Under the pieces are notes generated by a model, which saw only the letters and a list, made by a program, of their open reading frames with translations, was not told the DNA's origin and did no database searches. Below are positions 1 through 13,885 of a stretch of 64,000 nucleotides of DNA, piece by piece. The translations under genes and the position numbers were made by a program. The DNA is taken from NCBI GenBank assembly GCA_002633005.1, contig NMRA01000214.1, forward strand, positions 612,090 through 676,089. Direction: 5' to 3'. The DNA comes from Phoronis australis. Taxonomy: Eukaryota > Animalia > Phoronida. Position 1 is the first letter of the stretch, and every line of letters starts with the position of its first letter.

Positions 1-480
1 AATCTGACCTGATCGACATGTGTTCCCTACAATAAATCATTCAAAGCCTTGCCATTGAAAGCAATGGATACTTAAGTCAACAATTTTGATGGTACTACAA
101 TTATAGGCATGCGAGGCCACTTTTCTACTATGGTGCATCATGGAGATTGATATGCTACACTCACAATCTACGTTACTTCCAACCAGTGTGCGTATATTGC
201 TGGTAAAAATGCCATGCTTTACAGTTAGTCAAGCTGGATGGCCCTATGCAATCAGTTCAAGCCGTTACTACAAGCCGCCGCACCCGTGAACACTGCCTTC
301 GTCTGATAAGCAAGTACCCTAAGCTTACAGAATCTACCATTGGCTTGTTTCCTGATTTTGCCCACACCATACAACTGCAACTCAATGCTGGGCCTACACA
401 TGCCTCCCTGCGGCCGATACCAGAAGCTGCGAAAACCATTGACCAAACAGAAGCGCAGGGAATATGGTCCAAAATCCGGC
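1..480 (+). mobile_element. Gypsy/Ty3 LTR retrotransposon pol remnant (protease to pre-RT linker)
   Basis: LIDMCS (degenerate LIDTGS protease site), then KYPKL..IG..HTIQL..NAGP..RPIP..GIW, typical of the Gypsy region before RT; contains stops. Confidence 0.6.
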
Positions 481-544
481 CACATTCCCGCTCCAACAGA
501 GGACTGCCACCAACTCGATTTCCTCACTAACGCTTGATGAGCGG

Positions 545-745
545 TTGGAGGTTGGTGTGCCGACCACACACCATTAAGGTGTGCCAACTACGAACATTAA
601 AGCCACGAGTCTCAGACTGACTCACTGAGACTCTACAGTCAAGGTGCAGGCAAAAGACTTTGTAGTTTATAGACCTATTTACTAGTATTTCTATATTATA
701 TGTAGTTATCACCTCTTCAGCAGGCAATATATGTGTTATACACAA
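545..745 (+). mobile_element. Degenerate LTR-like segment related to the LTR at 31721-31970
   Basis: Shares ggtgtgccgacca, agacctattt..tagtatt and caatatatgtgttata in the same order. Confidence 0.5.
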
Positions 746-899
746 CAAATACACTGAGCAACAAAAAAGGGCCTCAAAACAAAGTCTCGAAGAACGTCTT
801 TGCAAACCGGATACCAGTTTGAAAAAAACATTGTCAATATTTACTGGCAAGAACAAGTCTAAATAGAATATGTTTACTGAGAGCAACCGTATAGGCTTC

Positions 900-1125
900 C
901 AATTTAGAAAACTACGAAGAGCTAGGAAAGTAATCGAACGCTTTCGGTAAGCCAATGAGCAAACAGTCTGCACTCTTCATCTCAAGTCTTCAGTGAGTAT
1001 TAATAATGCATCGTGACACGAATATCCTCTGTGAAAAGCACGCACGTAGTTACTGAACAATTTATCAATATAGACATTCGGTTGTCTGCAAATGTGCTTT
1101 TCAAAACAATATTTAATATGACAAT
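900..1125 (-). mobile_element. Non-LTR retrotransposon reverse-transcriptase fragment
   Basis: AFHRGYSCHDALLILTED, then after a frameshift LLIGLPKAFD (DLSKAFD motif). Confidence 0.65.
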
Positions 1126-1130
1126 AGACG

Positions 1131-1248
1131 GGGCATGTGAGCAAATAGTGAGCATGACCATTAATTGGCATGTCTTCATACTTTGAGAAGGCATGTGAGC
1201 AAGCAGTGAGCATCACTATTAGTTGACTCTATCTTCATACTTTGAGAC
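1131..1248. repeat. ~60-bp tandem duplication
   Basis: ggcatgtgagcaa..agtgagcat..tcttcatactttgaga occurs twice. Confidence 0.75.
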
Positions 1249-1459
1249 GCTAGAGTTTACACTAAGGTGCCCAATAACAATGTTGTTGGGGGTTTTGCTT
1301 TCGCATTTTCTTCCAGGTATGCACATCAGAATTTTTGTCCATATCAATATCAATAAGTTACATTTCCACAGCAAGTAACGCAAAATGAAAATATCGGGTC
1401 TCCCTCATGATGTCCTAGATCCTTTACTGGGCCGAAGCCCCTTCATGGCTGGCTCCTTA

Positions 1460-1575
1460 AAAAGACACTTCCGTGTCTTGTGACCGGAACGAGTACGTTT
1501 GCAACAGGTGAATGGTTTCCCGTGTGGGCAAGAGGATTTGACATGTCCGCGCTGCAGTACCAACATATTGTTGGC
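1460..1575 (-). pseudogene. CCHC zinc-knuckle remnant (gag/ORF1-like)
   Basis: CWYC/QRGHVKSSC (frameshifted) followed by CCKRTRSGHKTRKC. Confidence 0.4.
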
Positions 1576-4500
1576 TGCTTTCTGCTTCACTGTATTGGAG
1601 TGTCATTATTCCATTTAAGGAGTTCATGCACGTTTACGATTTCGAATCAGGTTTGATGGCAATTCCAATGCCAACTTTTCTCCTGAAACGAGCGACGCGA
1701 GTTTTGCTCACTGTACCGGTCGGGTACAATCAACATTGATTGGCGTCTGCACTTCAGGTTTTGAGCTCGATCCCTGAGCGTGAATCAGTTAATATGCGTC
1801 TCCGAGATGTCCAATTTAAATGCTTATGGCTGTCCACTGATACATGTATACCTTTTAAATTCGCGCTTTCACAGACGCAACACAGTTGTTTTTGCCTTCG
1901 TGCGAAGGAAATATACGGTGGCGAGGATTGGACATGTTAATTTATTTTTCCAAACTCGAGCGCCCAACTTATAATTGCTTGCAACCAAAGAACGTAATGT
2001 GAAAACCCATCAATGCAGCCATGAATGCAAATACCATAGGTTTTAGTTTGTCGTAAGAATCTAAGAGCCAACGTAATTTGGTCCTCTGGAACTATATCGC
2101 CGTCTAAGAAGCCTCCTGTGTTTTCAGCTCCCCACCCTCAGGATCTAGATGCTCCAACATTACTCTGAGAGTGTTGAGAGCCTCACTCTGTATACGTTAG
2201 AGAGCGACACGACCGTCCGCCATCATTGGAATAAACGACTTGAACGCAGTGTTGTAGTTGTCCGAACAAAAGCCAAACTCACGGCTTAACTAGAGTCTCC
2301 TTACTGACATTTCCATTTGTGATACATTTCAAATGCATGAATCTGTATCCATGCAACTGTTTCCACTTGGCCAGTAGCTTGGTGACAAATTCGACTACGT
2401 CATCCAATCATCTACATCAATAAATCTCTTACGTCTGCCTGCACTCACGACGTACCTGAATCCTTGAGCGAGTCAGAACATTTAATATTCAACTTGGCTG
2501 AGCCCAAGATGAAAGACATTCGTCACGGCAGCTTCCATTTTGAAGAAGAGTCTTGTTTTCATCACGTGCTCGTGAAATAACTCGGGCGCCTGACTCCTAA
2601 GTCGAGCGCTCGAGTTAGGAAATATATATTATCTGTCCTCTCCCAGCCACCATAGAAATACGTTGCAGCAACTTCGAAAGAAAAAAATCGCACAGTTACA
2701 TTCATTTGAAGAGTGAAAGTCCGGAACGTACGGAACCAGCACATTACATTATGCTCCTAAACTGCTTAGTGGAGAAACTTGACACCCCAGATGTAAGTAT
2801 GTGTAACTGCATGGAATAGGCACAACACCATGACGCAGACTAGCTCTTTTGGCCTCAGGAGAAAACTTGGCTATGCTGTAAAGGACGTGACCGGGGAGTG
2901 GCAGTAGTTCTCTGAAGTTGTTTTGTGCGAAAGAGGTCCGCCATTTTTAGAGCACGAGATAGTTTTGCTGTTTACAGGTACTCTTCAGAAGAACAGAAAT
3001 TACAAAAATCTGGTTCTCAATGGCATTTCTCACATGACCTAGAATGTGTTACGACACGACTGGTTAATAACACCGAGTACGTAATTTTTTGATATTACAT
3101 GGGCGAATCACAAAGTATTGCAAAGTAGAAATCCATACGCCTTACATTTTATCGTCTGCAAAACACCAAAACAACCAAACGCGCGCCAACCAAACAATGC
3201 CGGGAGGTGGCAAGGTTATGATTGACAAATCGGCTGTTGCAACTGTACGTAGGCCTACTCCTAGTCGGAAGGACATGCAAACAACTCCTTAAACAGACCC
3301 ATCCTCGGCGGCGAATTCCATATCCACGTTCATTCCAACGGAGACGAGCCCCAACTAGAGTAACGCGTCGCGACCGTCTAGCTGTGCTGTCTCAAGGTCA
3401 ATTCAGTGCTCACTCGCGGGGAAGCCTTGTTGACTGTTATTTTTTAAGTTTCAACATTACAGTTTCAAAGACTATTTATTAGATTCTAACTTGCATACAT
3501 GTGCCACGAAAGCTGAATGCAAGTTACAATTGTTAAACTTAAGATAAAACTATTGACAAAAAGTAACTGAATTACTTTACATTGTGCAAGCCGGTGTTTT
3601 TACAAAAGTTGGGACATGCGGTTGAAAGTTTTAGACAGGCCGAGTTTTTCGGAAAAAAAGATCGTTTTTACGGTTAATGTGAGAAAACAAATCCTACACT
3701 CGTCTCAGATTTATGACAGGGGCAAAACATCTTGGAAATTTTGTCTTGCCGAGGGACTTTGACGAAATTTCATAAACCTGAGATTCGTGTACTAGGATTC
3801 TCTATATTTTAACCTATTTTGTGGAATCTACGGTGCAAGAGCTTCTGAATTATTGTATCCACCCCGGGACCGGGGTAGTCGTGAATTTGTGATTTTAGAG
3901 AGCAAATTGACAAAATTGGATTTTATTGATATCTCATTTTTCCGATGAACATAGCAAGGCAAAAAGACAGGCTTCATTGAATTTCTTCGTCTTTGAGAAA
4001 CCACAGTGACTGAGTGTGGTTTCTGTAAGTTATGCATTTAATTTTCCAGAAGGGTGAAAACAAGAGTTTTTCTTGAATAAGACTAGTGATTATGTTAAGA
4101 CCATCCACTCGAGCTGTGGTATTTGTCCTGTGCCGCTATGACGCATAATTATGCTCATTGCCATTACAAACTTATAAAGGTTTCTGCACATTCACTTGAA
4201 TCTCGATCGGTTTCACGGGACATCGTACTCCGTCAATAGATTTCTACGACCCTGCTGTCGTTCGTTTTCCGTTTGACTTAATGTATACCAATTTTTCCCT
4301 TAGGCGAATCACGTAAGCAAAAAAGATTCATTCGAAGCTAATCAGTGGTATCAATTACTACATGACGAAATTTCGTCTGATAACGTTCAACATAAAATTT
4401 CAAAGACGCTGTTATAGTTTTCCAAATTACCATTTCGTTTTAATGCCATGGGACTTCTGAGTTATTTCATAAATTAATGAAAATCCTATGTTGATAGCCC

Positions 4501-5760
4501 CTCATACAAAAGTGGAATATTTTAAGACAATTCTTCACACTGTTTTAAAGAACTAGGGACAGTGTGACGTTTTTAAAGCTAATTTGATTTTGTGTCCTAT
4601 TTTGCTCTGTGCTTTTGTTTCATGTGACCAAAAGTGGTTAAATATGCCCGAGACAATATTTTTCGTATAGACTGTCACAATGCCTAAGTGAACTCTAAAT
4701 GTCAACACAGTGTCATTTTTCACCCCACTCCTTGGTAAATTATACGAAAATATACAACATCCTTTGAATGCGAGAAATTTTTATACCTATGTATGAGGTG
4801 GGAAACGTCGAAATTAATGAATTTCACAAGTCAAAGTACCATTTTTACCGAAACTGGGTCGCAAGCTGGTCGCATAGAGATCGGTTGATTAGCGTATCCA
4901 TTGTTCACTTCCGTTTTGCTTGTAATAATAATAATGGTAAACATTTAGAGGTAACAGGCTGATGTGAGCCTAAGGTACGATCTCCAGGCGACGCTGTATT
5001 GTTATATCTAACAAAGAAAAACATTGGTAGTGTTCCTTTGGCGATAACCATGCGACGCTCTTACGCCCGTAGCATGGATGTCGCAAGTTGAACAATAACT
5101 TGCTATCTCCATACGACGTCATTTGGCATGTCCCATAGCTGAGAGACCACTGACTTAAAGTTGAAATACTTGCAAGAATTCATCTCAGAGTGCACTGACA
5201 CCATTGATTGTTTTTTTTTTAAATTATAAAACGCCGATTTTCCTACGCGTAAACGTGTTTTTGTTCTGCTTTTGTGTTCGCTAGACGTCTGCGGTGTGCT
5301 CGCAGTACCCTCGAACACTACGCCACCTACTTCGAAGAGTAGACTACCTCGCGGTACTCTAGGATGACTGAGACTGTAGTAACAGAAATACTCTGATCAT
5401 GAAAGACGATGATAACCATATCTGCGACGGTGGGTTGTTTGTTGCGACAGTGAGAAGTTAAGGGCTTCGATCCGTATACTTAAGATAGCATGTACTTGCG
5501 ACGAAAAGTATTCGTTATGGAAGGCAAACAGTGTGTTCTATTTCATAAGTCAACATTTCAACCTGACCGTCCCTGCCATTTTGCCAGGTTAGGGCTAGCA
5601 ACGTTTCGAGCATACTTGCGAAGCACTCTTACTCGCATGAATTTACGAAATCTCGAACTTGCTTCCTTGTCACTGATAAGAGGGCCAGTCTTTGTTGCTA
5701 AGTTACTCGACGTAATTTGAATATGTATGACCATAATCATGAGCCAGAACAACCCGTGTT

Positions 5761-8557
5761 CACGCGCGCATCCAGAGAGGGGGGGAGGGGGGGGGGTCTG
5801 GGGGTATTGTCAAAGGGGCCCCCATTTGGCGAAGTGGAAAAAAGGTTCGCCTCGCAGAAACAAAAAGTCCTAGAAAACTAGACAAACGTCCACTAAAAAA
5901 GGGTAAACACACAATTCACAGTTCCGAACGTGGTACCTCGTTTTTTAGTCCTCCCGCTTTTTGGCTTGTAATAGTCCGGGAGCCAGGGGGTTGAACCTGG
6001 ATGTGCCGGATTAAGTTTTTTCTTTGCTGTTTCATGTAGCCTAGGGTTACGTAACCATGATTTAGGGGGGTGACCGTTCGCAACCCTTGAGCATTTTTTT
6101 AAATATGCAAATTAAGATCATCATTATGCAAAATTCTATTTATAATTTCCTTACCAAGCACTGCAGGCAGATAATTTTGAAGTTATCACCTATGTTTCCA
6201 TGGTCAGCGAATTTAATAGTGCAAGTTTTTTAAGTGGATGCATTCTGAATTTGCATAATTTATGCAAATTAAGACGGCCATTATTCAAAATTGTTCTTGT
6301 GCTTATAGCTATGCTACCAGGCACCACAGGTGAACTATTATGATATTTGCACCTATGTTCTTATGGTCAATTAGCTTAGTGAAATGTGTTTGCATGTTGT
6401 TGCTTAATAAATTTGCATAATTAAGGAAAATTTGCATAATTAATGCAAATCAATGTCACCCTATTCAAAATTCTACTTAAGCTTTTCAGCCATAGCTAAT
6501 CATCACCAGTATGCAATAGGGGCAAGCTGAACACCATGCGGAATTATAAATGGTGAGAGTGATTTGTTTATGTCATTTTTCTTCCATCCATAGTCCTCTG
6601 GATCCTGTTCTAGCGACATTCACCACATTCTCTGTGAATGCCTCTGTTGTCAGTGACAGTTTAGGGGCAGACATATATCCCTTGCTGTTTTTCTTCCCCA
6701 TACCAATAGTCTGGTTCCTGAGATCTTCCTGATTCTCTTCATTCCATAACACGCACACATATATTTAGTGGCCTGTTTCATGACATCAGGAAAATGTGCA
6801 TTAATGGTGCCGATGGGAGACTGGTCATGTCCAGTCTTCAATATGTTAACGATGAATCCCTTTCCAACTCCATAGTAGCATGTCACCGTGTTATACCCCT
6901 ACAGCAGTTAACTTAATGTCTACGAGTGTTCTACGCTTACTAGGTCATTTAATTTTTGTAGTATTTGAAGCTCTTCCTTGTCTTAGTACTGCACACGCGA
7001 AGCTCAAATACATTTTTGTCATCCAAAACAACCTAAAATTTGTTAAGTTCACATACACATTTCACGTTGTTGCACAGTAATGGAGCCGGCTTCTCCGTTT
7101 GATGTCTCCAGATAATGTCTGGTGCCTTTGTCCTTGTAAAGGAAAGGGATCTTCATCAGTGATTACTTACTTGTGTTCCTTACGTAATGCTAACCTTTCT
7201 CGAAGTCTGAAAACATTGCATGTCCAATGCTTATTGTTTCACGTACAGTAACTATTGGAGTAGCAATCCTGTCACTGCTAATGTTCACTACTGCATCTTT
7301 GGGATGGACCTTGGGATTCAGTTGATCGATGCTGGTATCTACTCTTGACAGATTCGTGCGGATGGGCATGTGCCTCAAGACGTGCCTAATTACTTTCCTC
7401 CGTACGATTGGTTTTAGTACAAGATCTAATGTTACCGCTCTCCATCTCTCCAAGACCTGTTTCAATCTTGTAGGACAAATGACAACTTGCGGCCAGAACT
7501 TAAGAGTCTGTTAGTGTCCTTTGAGGGCAATTCCCTACTATGTCCCTACTACTGCATTCATACCTCATGAATGTAGTCCTCATAAATTGATCGCTCCGAG
7601 CCCCATTCCAGCATTCACCCAGGTCATTAAATTAATCCACGTTGTTTCTATCGTCTGTGGGAGCGCAGGGAAAAATGAGCAGAAACAGTATTTGGAATAT
7701 TGGTACCCTTTATTTGTAGGCAAATTCATCATGCAACAACTTGGAAACTGGTTTCACCAAATTAATTGACCACAGGAACACGGGTGCACACGTTAAAATA
7801 GTTCACTTGGGGTGCTGCTACTACAGCTATAAGCAAAAGTAGAATTTTGAATAATGGCGGCCTTAATTTGCATATAGTATACAAATTCAAAAAGTATCAA
7901 CCAGTAAACGAGCTCCATTGAATTCACTGACCTGAAGCATAGGTGAAAACATTGAAGTAACCCGTCTGCAGTGCTTGGTAAAGGTGTAATAAGCAAAAGT
8001 ATAATTATGAACCATGGTGGCTTTAATTAGCATTAATTATGCAAATTTATCATGGAACAACATGTAAACTGATTTCATTAAACTAATTGACCATGAGCAA
8101 CGTTGTGCAAATACCATGATAATTCACCAGTGATGATTGGTACCACAGCTATTATAACAAGTACAATTTTGAATAATGGCGGTATTAATTTGCATAAATT
8201 ATGCACATTCAGTACCGAACACCCAAAAAGTTGCACTATTAAATTCGCTGACTATAGAAACATGGGTGAAAACATCAAAATAATCAGCTTGCAGTGCTTA
8301 GTAGGGAAGTTATAAGCAAAACATTTTTTGCATAATGGCGGCCTTAATTTGCATATTTAAAAATGCTCAAGGGTTGCGAACGGTCATCCCATTAAATCAT
8401 GATTATCTATGCCTAGGCTACATAATACAGCAAAGAAAAAACTTTATAAAGCAAATCCAGGTTAAGTAAAAAAACAGCATTTGACTCCCGGACTATAAAA
8501 AGTTCACATCGACGGAAATTTAAGCCCCCCCCATATTAAAGGCTGGGTGCGCGCATG
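5761..8557. mobile_element. Short TIR element (MITE) split by the Academ insertion
   Basis: Termini cacgcgcgcatccag and ctgggtgcgcgcatg are inverted repeats; G/C runs just inside. Confidence 0.55.
5972..8495 (-). mobile_element. Academ DNA transposon, internally deleted
   Basis: Termini TAGTCCGGGAG / CTCCCGGACTA; TAA TSD on both sides; long (~500 bp) imperfect TIRs; minus-strand remnants LNPKVHP..VVNISS..IA..IG, YYGVGKG, ATKYMCACYG, TTEAFTENV. Confidence 0.8.
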
Positions 8558-9230
8558 GCGTGGTCTATGCAGTCGCTTTACTTCCTCCAACCTTGACCAC
8601 GTGATTCATGAATCGTTGATCAATAATTCTCACACAGTGAAACGCTAAGCAACTCATTGTCAATCAGCATTCAACGTGCTGATTTCAAACGATGCACATG
8701 CAATGTAAGTACTGTATATTGCGCTTTGTGTATGACTGAGTAAACAATGAAATCTTATGTTCTGAAATTAATGTTGGCAGCGTCATCAAGTAAAACGTCT
8801 GTTTGTGTTTTCAGTCACGTAGGCCTACTTATCTATTGCCAGCTAGTGGTCACATGAACTTGTTCGTTTGCGTTGGCTGCCGAATTATGTGTTGCGAGTT
8901 GCGACTGTCACTGTTGTTCCAACGTCGTGACAGTCAATAAGCGGATAAATTGGCTTTGAGTAAGACAATTCTTGTCTGTGAAAATATTAACCTTTCCTTA
9001 TTGAACACAACATTTCATCACGATATGAACTACTAGCATAAAATAGCTCTAAGTGTCATGCGGCTAGTTTTTGCACTAGCTTCAGATTCCCTGCAATATC
9101 TCAACACTTTAAATTAGAAGCAATGCAGACTTGGTAGTCGGCAACGGACAAGAAGATAGTTTATATATGCTTGTGCCACCTGGTATTACTCATGTCAAAA
9201 TTTACAAACGTGTATATATTGATGAATGTG

Positions 9231-9328
9231 TGTATGTATGCATGTATGTATGTATGTATGTATGTATGTATGTATGTATGTATGTATGTATGTAGGTATG
9301 TATGTATGTAAGTATGTATGCATGCATG
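9231..9328. repeat. (TATG)n microsatellite
   Basis: Direct tandem array. Confidence 0.97.
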
Positions 9329-9782
9329 TTTGTAGGCCTATAGCGATATCATAACAACCATGGAGTGGCAGGGCCCCTGGTGTTAGGGTTGCTTGGAAAA
9401 TGACGTTAGTGTCATTCGGTTGAAGACAAGGGAAGGTAATAGATCCAATATATAACATCAAGGAATTAGGCCAAGTCCGCTCACAGGTTCCCTTCTTGGG
9501 TTTCGATCAGCTGTAACTAAATAACAATAACCAAGCCACATTCGGAAGCCAAAGTATGCAACAAAGCAGTCGATTCGCATTGCTTGAATTAAGGCGGACT
9601 AAATAATTATGAGGGCGTCTTTTGCCTGAGGCTGTACGTCTGGTGGATTTTATATGATCAACTATGAATAGAAAAGCACTCCGTTTCTACAGCCATGTTG
9701 TGATAAAATAACAGGGGCTACTCGTACGCTAACGTTTGGCCTTTTGCCACCCCAATGCTATAAGCGCCTATGCCAGATGGAC

Positions 9783-12700
9783 TAGTCAATTTATGTCAAA
9801 TAGCCACCCGACCCACAACAAATTGCAACAAAAGGTTTTACTAAGGTTTTGTGTTGTACTGCGTATACTTATTAACAGAAAAAAGTCTACCAAAATCTGT
9901 CCACCGGAAATGGCTTAAAACTGCGTTATTTCCAAGATGGCCGCCATGACGTTTCGAAATCACCAAAAATAGATATATTTTCTTCAATAAGTGAAATAGA
10001 GACATAATTTTTGGTTATAGTCTATAGTTTGGAGGGGTCAGCAACCCGCTGGTGTGGTTAAAATTATGATATGCTCAGTATTTGATACGAAATTCAAGAT
10101 GGCGCCTGAAATTCAAGAACGAAAAATGACTGATTTGTTTATTATATCGGGTGGTCAAAGAAACGTTTCGAACTTTAACCTTTATATTTTCTAAAAACAT
10201 TTATTGAAATTGCACATATGGATATCAATCTATTGTCAGTACACCATAAAAATATATTGATGCTCTGTGTTTTCGCTCCAAGACAGAAAAATACTTTTAT
10301 AGCCCAAAAGTCAATGCCAAATTAGCCTACATAATTATACATGATTATCAAGGATGGTGACACTTAGCAATAAATTTATTCAGAAGTATGTTTTCAAGGG
10401 TTTTGTTATAGTCAGTTGGGTGCTACATTTTGCAAAGTCATGGTGTTTTCAAGTCCCGACTGAACGAGCTAATTGGGGTTAATTACAACATGTTTTACAC
10501 TAAGTCCTGACTGTAATCTAATGAACTACAGTGTTTGGAATGCCCTGACAAAGAATGTGTACCAAGGTATAGGTTGTATTATGCTCAATAACCTAAGCCT
10601 GAAAAATTTCTCTTTGCTAAAAGGCATCTGTCAGTATCAAAATGACTGAACAACAGATGCTAATAAAGTATTTATTCGTCGACATGACGCATGAACGAGT
10701 AGGTTACATTTTCATCCAAGAATGTTATGTTCATTTCACGTATGCATACTGCCTCAGGTCAACCCTCATCTCTGTGTTCACGTTCCTCAGAAATTTGATT
10801 TAGTGTATTGTCACAGTATGTCGCTAGGCACAATCTACATGTAGATGTACATGCTAGCCCATTCTTTCGGCAACTGCACCGGGGCATGCTACCAACTGTA
10901 GAACAGTTGCAGTGTATCATCTTGAGGAGTGTCTGGTGCAGCATTCACAGCAGTTATGATGTGTACGAATTGATTGTCTTCAAGTCTCCAGCCCCAGTCT
11001 AAAGGATCCCGATCATTTGCCATCCCCATCCAAACCATGACCTGGTAGTACAATCGAGACAATGAAACCTTTTGGCTGATTCCGTTGGTGAAAGACGCTC
11101 GGGAGTAGCGAAAGGCTTAGTAGCAGCAAGCTTCTTTGCGAATATGTTGTAATGCACAGCAAACCAGAGAACACGTGCTCTCTCTACCAAACATTGCCAC
11201 CATCGCTTTGCTGCCAAGTTTCTCTCAGCGGGGCTCACACCTTTCGTGGCGAATGTGCTTGCGCATGACTGGAGGACATGGTCATCTTTCGCGAGTTTCT
11301 GAGAGACTGAAGTCATTCCAACGCCATATGCACGAGACGTTGAGTTGCATCCTGTGAAGGAGGGCAGGAATAGTAGCTGGGTACACAATTTAATCCTGGT
11401 TCTTGACTGGTAGCCATATCTGAAACATAGTGGTTTCCCGTCAGCCATACAGTAATGGAGCATAAGCATCAACATGTCAGTGTCCTCGCCGATTACTGTG
11501 TTGGAATGCATATTACTGCTGTCTTTGCAATGTCCACATCAGCGTTCCCTTCTGCCTGAATGGCTGTGCATCTCACTTTCTGCAGCTGATCACTTATTAA
11601 GGCGATCAGTTGTTGCTTGTTACTGCCAGTGGATAGGAATTCATCTCTCTTAATCATCAAAATTCGCTTCTCCTGTAAAATTCACAGTCGGATAGCTGCT
11701 GGTCTGTCTCCGTCTCAGTGTTATCCTTTATCGAAGGACCTGCACCATAGCCATCAAAGACAACAGTGGCTGCCTCAGAGTGGTTTGCGCATGCTCCGAC
11801 AATTTTCCATAGGTATATCTCTTCTTCCATTTGAGCTTGTGCAGAAAAGATCCCCCATCAAGCGCATACTTTTCAGTCTGGAGACGTACTGAAGGCGTGG
11901 AATTTGGTGCTCCTTCAAAAGCATGGGTCTTGGAACAGCGGTCATAAACGTCTTGGACCAGTTGAGGTCTTTCAACCTTCTTCAAGATCAGGTTGTCCTC
12001 ATAGAGAAACTGTGGATGTGGACTGAGCTCGAAACTCACAACTTCCTCAAGAGACAAGTTGTCTTACCGGGATACCACCAGGGATGACTGGAAGAGTAAG
12101 CGAGGATCGATGGTTCCGTCAGGACCAACTTGGACTGCAGCTGCATTTCCAGGGTCTTATCATTCTCTCTCCTCTTAAAAGAGAAAGAAGAAAGAAAACA
12201 GGTTTTCGAAGCATACTCTCAATGATTTTGTTACCAACAGATTGACATCTGCGTTGGCGACAACACCATCGATGACATTGCGTAGCACAGGGTCAGAGGA
12301 GAAGGGGGAAGTTGCAGTCAGCTTTATGCTTATCTTTGCAAAGTCGCATACGTCTCTTTCAATTCTGGTAGCAGTTGTTTGTTTATGTTGTGCGCTTGTT
12401 GTGTACGTGAGGTCATTGGAGTCCTGCAAAGTGATGCTCACCTCTGACGTTACCGTGACCAACATTGTCCGACAATGCTCGCTGCTCCTCTGTTTTTTTA
12501 CTGCCATGAGTCAAGCCGCCTGTGCCTTTCAGCGATCTCATTTAGTAATTTCTCTCAATGGCTAAATCACAGCTGAGGCCTGCCCAAAACTGGTTTGTTC
12601 GTCGAATCATACGAAAGCCATTTTTGAAACTTCGCATACACATCTGGGTGACTGTTTGTTCTCCATATCAGCCATTTCTTGTATGTAGAGGTAAGCAGAT

Positions 12701-13492
12701 TTCAGGTAGTTGTGGTGTCCAGCTGCAGGAAACATTGGCAAGGCATCACTAACAGCTGGCAAGTGATCATCCAAGAGCGAGTGCGATCTGCCTTGGTCAT
12801 TGCCTGAGCAGTATGGAACATCTTCAGACCAGCCACAGACTTCTCATGATGTGCACAGTTGCGGCTGATTGTGGGACACTTCAGACATATGTTGACATTT
12901 TGCCCTGGGCTTCTAGTTTCCTTGTGTGTTTTAAATAAAAACCAGTGGCAAGCAAATATACACTAGACAATTTTTGTTAATTTTATGCAAGCCAATGCTT
13001 TGGATTAGATATCAAATATTAATGCAATGTTCATAGTTTAAAATAGTTCAGTCAGAATTCAGTCAAATCTAAATGTTTTAAGATCATTCAATCAGAAACC
13101 GGCCATATCTAATCATACATTCGTTATAATTGATGAAGGACAAATGAGTGATTACTGCTCTTGAATTTTTGCCACCATCTTGAATTTCATATCAAATATT
13201 AATCCTATCTTAGTTTTAACCAGACCAGCGAGTTGCTCACCCCTTAAAACCATAGACTAGAACCAAAAATTTTGTCTCTGTCTCATTTATTGAAGAAGTT
13301 GTATCTATTTTTTGTGATTTTGAAACGTCGTGGCGGCCATCTTGGAAATGACGCAATTTTAACCCATTTCCGGTGGTCAGAGTTTGGTAGACTTTTTCCT
13401 GTTAATAAGGATACCCTTTAGAGCATAAAACCCACTGTAAAACCTTTTGTTGCAATTTGTTGTGGGTCAGGTGGTATAAGTGTGATTAACTC
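9783..13492 (-). mobile_element. Academ DNA transposon (second family) with decayed transposase
   Basis: Left end TAG; ~350-bp TIRs (ccacccgacccacaacaaattgcaacaaaaggtttt and its reverse complement near 13440); right end degenerate. Confidence 0.8.
10759..12900 (-). pseudogene. Academ transposase pseudogene
   Basis: SPF..LRNVIDGVVA..DVN, FELSPHPQFL, YALDGGSFLH..W, VIGEDTDMLML, SFTGCNSTS..YGVG, RLSPTESA..FH, and C-terminal CNC..RCSCRKNGLACT..C..CDN; many frameshifts. Confidence 0.8.
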
Positions 13493-13739
13493 ATTCTTTC
13501 ATAAAAGTTGATTAATGCGTGTGGCTCAGTGGCGCTACTGAAGAAAGTGTATTCGCTATGATTTAAAGCATCAATTTTAAAAATTCGAAGAGGGTTAAAA
13601 TTTACTTTTCAATTTTAAAAACAATTATTTTGGTTGTTTGCATTAGTTATTGTTAGTTTTTTTTTGACGTTGAAACTAGTACACTAAACACACAACCCCA
13701 ATTATCTCATCCAACATACAATACATTCGGCCAAGCCCA

Positions 13740-13885
13740 TGAACTTCGATTTGCGATGACGCCGTGAAGTCTTTGATGTGCCGAGACTGTGACTTCGCTG
13801 GACGGTAAACCGCAGTGAGGTGAGGGATGCAGCACCCTCGCCCACTTGCATGCGAAGAGTGTTCAATGTTATTTTGCCCCTTTAA
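13740..13885. repeat. Interspersed repeat ending in a Kolobok-like terminus; related copy at ~33510-33605
   Basis: Shared gtgccgaga..ttcgctgga..gcagtg..tgagggatgca..tcgcccacttgc; ends gcccct-TTAA. Confidence 0.5.

Noticed and set aside
2745-2920. Possible L2-type 3' ORF2 remnant on the minus strand
   Set aside because: Only a faint LPV-like motif; too degenerate to support
9195-9461. ORFs with HTYI or CV repeats (also 15737-15928 and 17438-17779)
   Set aside because: Translations of micro- and minisatellites
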